DNA of 64,000 nt, taken from NCBI GenBank assembly GCA_951406725.2, contig OX597821.1:20522001-20586000 (forward strand), read 5' to 3'. This DNA is from Octopus vulgaris. Taxonomy: Eukaryota. Positions 55,861 to 64,000 of this stretch are shown piece after piece. Position numbers and translations under genes: made by a program. The number at the start of each line of letters is the position of its first letter. The first letter of the stretch is position 1. The notes beneath the pieces are model-generated. The model did no database searches. It was not told the origin of the DNA and was given only the letters and a program-made list of their open reading frames with translations.

Positions 55861-56046
55861 TATTATTATTATTATTATTAATATTATTCAGGTCACTGCC
55901 TAGAATCGAACAAGGAATCTTGGGGTTAGTAGCCCGCGCTCTGAACCACTACGCCATATGCCCGTGGCGTAGTGGTTAAGAGCGCGGGCTACTAACCCCA
56001 ATATTCCGAGTTCGATTCCAGGTAGTGACCTGAATAGTAATAATAA
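55861..56046. repeat. Head-to-head fold-back of a tRNA-like Pol III promoter sequence
   Basis: Arms ~55861-55957 and ~55964-56046. Each carries an A-box (TGGCGTAGTGGTT), an anticodon-like loop (GGGCTACTAACCC) and a B-box (GTTCGATTC). Confidence 0.9.
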
Positions 56047-56126
56047 AAAAAAAAAATAATAATAATAATAATAACAACACCCAAAAATACTTTAGGAATG
56101 AGAACCTAGGCTCAAAATTTCCCCAA

Positions 56127-56172
56127 GACACCTGATGATGACTGGAGGGTATATCAGCTGAAACGTTGCGTT
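56127..56172 (+). ncRNA. Minimal type I hammerhead-like motif, slightly degenerate
   Basis: GACAC-CTGATGA-T-GACTG(GAGGGTATAT)CAGCT-GAAA-CG-TT-GCGTT. Palindromic ACGT helix III; one mismatch each in helices I and II. Confidence 0.65.
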
Positions 56173-56289
56173 AACAACAAGGAAGATGAGGACAAATATC
56201 TGCCATATGTAAATAATGTAAATAACGTACATAATTCCTAATCTCTTAAGTATAGAACTGAATAGACTATAGTATTTCATTTGGCTTTT

Positions 56290-56560
56290 TAAGCTTGGTA
56301 CTTATCCTGTCGGTTACTTTTGCTGAACTGCTAAGTTATGGGAATGTAAAGAAAGAAACGCCGGTAGTCAAACGTTGATAGGGGACACAGCGATGCACAC
56401 ACACACATATGAAAACGATTTATAAATCTTTGGTAGACCCGAGGCTAAACTAGAGGACATTTGCCCACAGTGCCATGCCCACAGAGCCATGCATTGGGGC
56501 TGAACACAGAACCATGTGACTGGGAAGCTGACTTCTTATCACACACCAACGCCTGCACCG
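56290..56560 (-). mobile_element. Degenerate SINE family C copy
   Basis: CCCGAGGCTAAACTAGAGGACATTTGCCCA...AGAACCATGTG...CTTATCACAC resembles the reverse complement of 22315-22440. Confidence 0.6.
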
Positions 56561-56640
56561 ATATGTACACACTCACACATGCACACACACATACACTCGC
56601 ACAAACACACTTACACATTACTCAGTCACACGTACATACT

Positions 56641-56674
<34 letters not shown>

Positions 56675-57213
56675 TGTATGTATGTATGTATGTATGTATG
56701 TATGTATGTATGTATATGTGTTTGCGCAGGCACTAGAAGCATCTTGTTAAATGGTACTAATTTGAGTGTTAGTCCAACTTTGGCATCAATCGCACCTTCA
56801 GGAGTTCGAAAATTTGACTTGTACAATATCTGAACGCTTGTTAGGAGAATTATGATTGATTCATCAAATAAAACCTGCTGATAGGTTTGTGGTCGAGCCG
56901 GTGACAGTGGAGTCCTCCGCGGTTCTCGGCTAACGGGCAATATTCCTGCTTACCGCTATTGAGTCGCAGTGGGTGGTCCAGAGCATCTCTCTCCATCCTC
57001 CACTTTTTCTGCCGTGACCATTAGGCGGGCTGACTTACAGGAAATAACAAGTTCCACTTCTTAATGTAAATTTGTTCAATATCTATGCGCGCCAGCGTGC
57101 GTGTGTGTATGTGTGTATGTATGTGTGTAAATTTCTAAACTATGATGTTATATACATACATATGTATATATATGAATACACACACACACACACAGAACAA
57201 GAGAGATGGATTA

Positions 57214-57344
<131 letters not shown>

Positions 57345-57582
57345 TTAGATAGATATATTATACACGCGTAGATTCACAGACATTTTGCACTTTAGATCGT
57401 AGAATGGCGAAAAAAAAGCCAAACTTATTAATTATTCAAAGAAATATATTCCAAGACATAAGTATTCAGCCCACCCATCAAGGAACTGTCATCTTTTTAT
57501 ATAAACTGGAAGCAGAATTAATATATCATATTTCTTATAAATCATGATAAATCGTACGCTCGAGGTGACTGTTACTTAAGAC

Positions 57583-57613
<31 letters not shown>

Positions 57614-57764
57614 CTTCTTCTTCTTCTTCTTCTTCTTCTTCTTCTTCTTCTTCTTCTTCTTCTTCTTCTTCTTCTTCTTCTTCTTCTTCTTCTTCTTCTT
57701 CTTCTTCTTCTTCTTCTTCTTCTTCTTCTTCTTCTTCTTCGTCTCCTTTTCCTTTCCCTTCTTC

Positions 57765-57838
<74 letters not shown>

Positions 57839-57859
57839 TATATTATCAGCTTCTTTCAA

Positions 57860-57945
57860 TTCTGTTTCCGTTTCTTGCCGAGTGTCTTCCTGACAACTAG
57901 GGCAGAGAAACACATTCTATACATTGGTGGGCCATTAAAATAAGC
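57860..57945 (-). mobile_element. Isolated 3'UTR stub of the 50-54 kb LINE family
   Basis: TTTCTTGCCGAGTGTCTTCC..CTAGGGCA..GGCCATTAAA matches 50427-50496; (ATT)n adjoins. Confidence 0.75.
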
Positions 57946-58259
57946 ACATTTTTATTATTATTAATGATTTCCTTTATTCGCCCCAGGGGAATAGATGTGG
58001 AGTACATTACAATGACAGTAAACACTTTCTGTGTGGATTTACATAAAGGATGAGGAGAAAGTAATGGAAAAGGCGGTGAAATGGGGTAAACGTATACAGA
58101 GAATGCCATGTGCGTAATAACATAAATGATGCAGTCCTGATACAAGAGAACCCAAACTAAGGCTAATGAAGGAACCGCACAGATCTAGAATTACACTAAC
58201 CACCAAAGGTACGAGCTCTTTCTTTTGTTCTCCAGTCTACAAATGCATACTTATAGCTG

Positions 58260-58650
58260 ATGAGTGGAGGCGCAATGGCCCAGTGGTTAGGGCAGAGGAC
58301 TCGCGATTGTAGGATCGCGGTTTCGATTCCCAGACCGGGCGTTGTGAATGTTTATTGAGCGAAAACACCTAAAGCTCCACGAGGCTCCGGCAGGGATGGT
58401 GGTGATCCCTGCTGTACTCTTTCACCACAACTTTCTCTCACTCTTACTTCCTGTTTCTGTTGTACCTGTATTTCAAAGGGCCGGCCTTGTCACTCTCTGT
58501 GTCACGCTGAATATCTCCGAGAACTACGTTAAGGGTACACGTGTCTGTGGAGTGCTCAGCCACTTACACGTTAATTTCACGAGCAGGCTGTTCCGTTAAT
58601 CGGATCGACCGGAACCCTCGTCGTTGTAACCGACGGAGTGCTTCCATTCC
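58260..58650 (+). mobile_element. Full-length tRNA-derived SINE (family D) with an 11-bp TSD
   Basis: Head TGGCCCAGTGGTTAGGGC...GGTTTCGATTCCC. TSD ACTTATAGCTG at 58249-58259 and 58651-58661. Confidence 0.92.
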
Positions 58651-58729
58651 ACTTATAGCTGGACCATACACTATAACTATTTTTGTCACAATCATCTTTT
58701 TATAAATTCACTGTGAGTTAGCAGTTCCC

Positions 58730-59450
58730 TCTCCTTCCTCAATTTACTTTCCTGGTGGAACCTTAAAAGTCGATGATAGGTTGACTCTTTCCAATCTTTC
58801 CAGCTTCGTCCACCGCACAACCTCCTTTTCCACTGCCTGCCTTGCCTTATTAAAAATGGGTCGTGGGGCGATCCTCACGATGGATTCGGCTGATAATCGG
58901 ATTCGACTTATGTGATAATAGCTGTTCGACATAACTCCACAATTCAGAAATACTCGGACACTGCAACTGTACACGTAGAAGAGTTTCGTCGATCTGCGCG
59001 TATCTCGCAAAGATCCGCCTGACAGTGCTTCCACACCTGCGGAGTTTGTCTCGAACAGTCAGTGCTCTTGATAGTATTGCCAGGCCAGGAACCTCTGGAA
59101 GTTATCCATGGTAGCAGAACTGGGCCTGAAGGTCCAACGGAAACAGACCAGCTAGTTCACCCTTATTGACGCCTAGAGTTGCTCCGAAAATGTTATCGCT
59201 CACACACACCACTAGACTTTTATATATATTCTTACTGTAGAATTTCTACCGATCGTATTACCTGACTGCTAGAGAGCAGTGAGCGCCATTACGACTTTTC
59301 TGATGCCAGATGCCTAATCTTGGTCTTTTCTTAACCAGGATTGCCGTATCTTCAAAGAGGCGAGATGTGGAAATGTGTGTCTTATGAACAGAAACCACAG
59401 CGGCGCCTTTCTGGATACCATTTGCCTCTCTTTGGATTCTACCATTTTCT
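58730..59450 (-). mobile_element. Old Tx1/L1-type LINE ORF2 3' remnant
   Basis: MDNFQRFLAWQYY and RIRLSAESIVRI parallel LDNFQKSLAWQCY and RVQLSSESILKM in the 61-62 kb element. Confidence 0.7.
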
Positions 59451-59465
59451 TTTCGTTAACTCTGT

Positions 59466-59512
<47 letters not shown>

Positions 59513-60269
59513 TTCCTGATGTTGGTGCTGGCTTTGATGATATTTTTTCTTTGGAATGGGCAGTAAATGAGGTTTTGTTATTTCTCACGGGGACAGAGCG
59601 CTTTCTGGTGTACTGTGACCCCATGTGAGTAACACTTGGACCGCCTTCCTTCTACTAGAAGTCTTACCGGCTCCTCAACTTTTTTAACGACTGAGCTGGG
59701 AAATTTTTGTAAGCTTCTGTTCGGGTTAGCCGTATTTGAAGCTCAGCTCAATCTTTTCTGATTGGCTGCCACTTCTCAATTTCTTCAACTTTTGTTCCAA
59801 ATGATTTCGCTGTAGTTTGGTATGGTAATCACCTACATGAAATTCATTTTCGCCATAAATTAATAAATAAGTATTAATAACTTTTAAGATTTGAGATTGT
59901 TATGTAATTTTAGCCAGTCGAAAGCCACAGACATATAGGTGGTGTCTGTTTCCATAATAACAAGCCAAGATGTTGCCAAGTTGCTTAGGCACGTGGTCAT
60001 TTTTCGCTTATTAAATGCTTAAAACACATGAGGTATGCTTAAAACACATGAGGTATGAGAAGGTCATTTGTTTACAGTTGACTACACGTGACGTCATGCA
60101 CAAAATAACAGCTCCCAAATCCCGTTTTCTGACGGTAAAAATGATCAAATTTTAAATCTTTGTAGCTTTTATAAAATATTTTCTCGAAAATTCGAATTAG
60201 CTCTTGAGATTCAGCATGGAAAATTATATCAATACACCAAATTTTAAAATTTTCACTAAACTTTAAAAT

Positions 60270-60620
60270 TTCCACAGGTGCAGCCAATATTTTGTACGGA
60301 GTAGCTCTCATATTCACAATCTCTCCGTACACCTCCTCTAACATCATTCTAAAGTAATTGAGGTTCATTTCCGAAGGCAGATTATTTAATGTCTCCCTAC
60401 ATAAACGTTTTCCTAAATAAAACGGTATGAGGAACTGTTCCTTAGAGAGGCAAGAATCCGTGACTGTTTTTATCTCCACTTCGTTAGGGCAGAGGACTTC
60501 TACCGTTCTAAATAGTTTTCCCTTTCTTAGATGCCACACTGATTCCCGAACCTTCAAGCATTCCTCAGCTTGTGTTTAAGTTGAATTTTCGATCCATCTA
60601 CTTTTCTTGTTGATACATTT
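60270..60620 (-). mobile_element. Possible L1/Tx1 ORF1 remnant
   Basis: RKGKLFRTVEVL..IPFYLGKR..LPSEMN is protein-like and lies upstream of the ORF2 remnant on the same strand; not diagnostic. Confidence 0.35.
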
Positions 60621-60835
60621 GTAGATGAGCGTCCTCCTTCTTATCTTATTTTCCTTCCTGGGGAAGTACGATCAGATCCGGCCTGGCCAAGCAGTGCCGA
60701 TGCCTCGCGTTGAAGTCCGAGTTGTTTTCCGACGCTTTATTAACCCAAGCTTGTGTTTTGCTAGGCAAACGACAGTTCTGGTTTTGCGGTCGTTTTAGAG
60801 TTAGTATTGATGTTCATGTCGTCGTTGTTGCTGCT

Positions 60836-60931
<96 letters not shown>

Positions 60932-61069
60932 TTTGTTGTTACAGCTGCTGTTGTTAGTGTGTTAGTGGTATTGATGACCGCGTTAATATGCTTCATTCTT
61001 TTGTTTTGAAGTTTGTTGCTGCTTTTTGTTGTTGTGGTGTGGTTGTTTTGGTTTATGTCGATACTTTGA

Positions 61070-62835
61070 AATTTCTTTATTATCCATAAGGATTAACACA
61101 GATGGGGACAATACAATGATTTGGGGTCAAAAAATGGAACTTTTTACAATGAAATCGGATGGATTATTTACAGTGAAATCGGATGGGTTATTTACAATGG
61201 AGCTATAAGGAAAATGAAATTGAATAAGAACAAACAAACAAAAAGAGACAAATGAAGTTAAAAGAACAGGGTAGCCGACCCCACGAGCCCTGCTATTTCA
61301 ACTGAAACCTTTTGGTAGGTGATCATGGCGTGTTCATGCAGGGCCTTTCACACCTAGCATCCGTGCTACACGCATCCATCTTTTTTTGAATACAGACTCT
61401 GACAGACACCTTTTCTCTAGCCCCACTTTCCTTTTCAGATGGAATCTGAAGAAGTTCGTTAGGGCGGTGCCAGAGATCATGGTGTCTGACATTATACATT
61501 TCACTCTAGTCTTCCATATAACCTCTTTCGCAACTGCTACTATCACGAGAAAGCAATGCTTACCTTCGTTCGTCATGAAACCAGGCGGGTCATTTTTAAG
61601 ATTGACTCAGACGACAGCTGTACTCTTCCTCCGTCCGACAACAGGTGTTCGGCATAAACCCACACTTCCGAAATTTCCGGACACTGAGCAATGGCGTGCA
61701 GGACTGTTTCCACATCCTGCCCGCATCTTGGACAGGCCGAAGGGCCACTGTAACCGTGCCTTGTGAGTTTATCTCGAACGGGTAAGGCTCCTCTGTAACA
61801 CTGCCAGGCCAGGGACTTCTGAAAGTTATCCAGCGTCCCTGGTCTGAATGTCCTTTGGAACAGGCTGTCCAACTGATTACCATCGAGACCCAGGGTCCTT
61901 ACCAGGGTATCGTCATTTCCAGCCTCTACCAACCTGCTATAGAACGCTGCGGTGGTACCAAAGCCACCGGCATTGCCCGAGCTGCGGAAGCGTAAGGGAG
62001 CCTTCCGGCACTCCGAATACCACATACTCGATCTTAGTCTGCGCATCAACAGCCAAGGCATCCCTAACCCACCCTTTAACGGCTTTTGACATCAGATAGA
62101 ACGTCTCACAAGAGGAGTGGAACCCTTCCACAAAAAGCGAAAGATTTGCCTCTCCAACTTGTTCACCCACGAATCCGGACAGGGGACGACGGTTAGGCGG
62201 TATATGATGACCGATGCCATGAACACATTAGCCACCTCCGCCCTCCCTTTCAAGGATAGCCACCGCCATGACCAAGTCTTGACCGCGTGAGCCACCTTGT
62301 TCGTGACCTCAGACCAGTTCTTTTCTATCTGGAGGCCTGGACCAAACCAGACCCCTAGCAATTTAACCGGGCCCTCAGTCCAGCATCCCACGATGCTGTT
62401 TGAAGGCATCGGCTTGCCAACCCAGGTGCCGAGTTGCAAGCCGACTGACTTTTCCCGGATGATTTTTGCTCCTGTTACCGTCTCGTACTCCTTGATGATG
62501 TTTCCTACATTCTGTAGGAGTTCCACCTTGGTCACGATGATGGTGATGTCGTCCGCATACGCAGTAACAGAACCTCCGCCTCCCGGATTCGTCGGGATGA
62601 CGCTCAGCTTTCGCAGTAATGGCTCGAGAGCCATCACATATAAAAGCGGGGAGAGCGGACACCCTTGACGAACTGACTGTTTGATGCGGAATGGCCTAGA
62701 AAGTAGATCGTTCACCCGAACGATCGAGTCGATGTTGTCGTACAACTGTATAATCCACCCGAGGAAACCAGTACGCAGCCCGAACTGTGCGAGCACAGAC
62801 GCCAGGTAACGATGGTTCACCCTATCGAAGGCTTT
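61070..62835 (-). mobile_element. Tx1/L1-clade LINE, 5'-truncated (RT + zinc knuckle + 3'UTR)
   Basis: KAFDRVNH, VRQGCPLSPLLY, AYADD, KLLG, LSLKGRA, CPRCGQDVETVLHAIAQC and KEVIWKTR. AATAAA near 61080; 24-bp tandem repeat in the 3'UTR. Confidence 0.93.
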
Positions 62836-62889
62836 CTTTCCCTTTATTTTCACATAAATTCGTTTCGTTCTGATAATAAACATTCTGGT

Positions 62890-62985
62890 ATCTTTAGTTT
62901 GATGGCCTATCACTGTATACAGTAGGTTCTGTACCCTATGTGTCGGGAAGACACTCGGCAAGAATTGTAAAACAAAATTAAAAGA
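62890..62985 (+). mobile_element. Isolated 3'UTR stub of the 50-54 kb LINE family
   Basis: TTTGATGGCCTA..CCCTA..GGGAAGACACTCGGCAAGAA. Confidence 0.75.
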
Positions 62986-63398
62986 ACGAAACCTCACAAC
63001 GATAACACCAGCACAAGAAATACAGAAAAGCAGGCAGGGAAGACAGGGAAGAAGAGCAGGAGAAGGAGGAGGTAGTGGGTAATGAGGATGATGATGAGAA
63101 GGAGGTGCAGGGGAAACGGCGGAGGAGAAGGAATGCAATGAAACAGAGGAAGGATAGCAATAAGGATTGTAGAAAGAATCAGATCAGCCAGCGAGGTAGT
63201 AAAAGTAATCTTCATTACATTCCGAATAATAATATCATATTGATTAAGACATAAAATATAATTGACTAACGCGCTCTCGTTCACTTCTACTGTCATTCAC
63301 ACTCTCTTTCTCTCTCCCTCCCTCTCTCTCACGCACGCTATAACTTTTTCATACATTCATGTATACACACATTGATAGAGATACATATATATTTGTAA

Positions 63399-63476
<78 letters not shown>

Positions 63477-63613
63477 CAAACATGAATATGTGTGTGAGCC
63501 TGTATTTACATACAGCCATGTATATGTATATACATATAGATATATAAATATATAAATGCATGAGTATATTTATATATATATATATATATAGTATTATATA
63601 TATATATATATAG

Positions 63614-63661
<48 letters not shown>

Positions 63662-64000
63662 TTATATATATATATGTCCTCACGTTGTTTTTCCTTGCTT
63701 GTTCATGTTTGTACTGATTGTATATATATATACATACATGCATACATACATACATATAGATAGATAGATAGATACATATATACATATAAGTATGTATATA
63801 TATACTTATATATACATATGTATACATACACATATTATATGCACACACAAACAAGAATATTAGATTATGTATACATACATGCTTGCATGTATAAATATGT
63901 GTGCGTAGTGCATATTTATATATGCATTGCTGCTCATATTGTTATAACCAGCCAACATATTTCTTTATCAATATCATCACTAATATCGATAAAATATGAT

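Noticed and set aside
55885-56035. Two genuine tRNA genes (anticodon ACT)
   Set aside because: No convincing acceptor stem, a poor anticodon stem and no oligo-T terminator; treated as a tRNA-derived head.
61143-61200. 24-bp direct repeats as a CRISPR-like array
   Set aside because: Head-to-tail with no spacers, inside a LINE 3'UTR in eukaryotic DNA.
62836-63138. N-terminal third of the 348-aa RT ORF
   Set aside because: Runs through an antisense LINE 3'UTR stub and low-complexity DNA; RT homology starts at KAFDRV.

Overview
AT-rich, gene-poor eukaryotic DNA made of microsatellites and nested transposon remnants. The tRNA-derived SINE families look like those of octopus/cephalopods; this is recalled, not searched. 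No intact host gene, true tRNA/rRNA gene or CRISPR array is supported, and most ORFs in the track are microsatellite translations. Recognisable elements: several R4/Dong-type (RLE) LINEs inserted in (AAT)n, Penelope-like elements (RT + GIY-YIG), Tx1/L1 and RTE LINE fragments, Tc1/mariner and Chapaev3-like DNA transposon remnants, a non-autonomous Helitron, about 15 SINE copies, and three copies of a ~555-bp (AAT)n-embedded non-coding element. The most interesting signal is RNA structure: five type I hammerhead-ribozyme folds from three sequence families. Two lie in the ~99%-identical inverted pseudo-LTRs of a Penelope-like element (46.7-49.0 kb). One follows a fold-back tRNA-like Pol III head (55.9-56.3 kb), suggesting a Penelope-mobilised SINE or retrozyme-like element. 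All calls are by eye and element boundaries are approximate.
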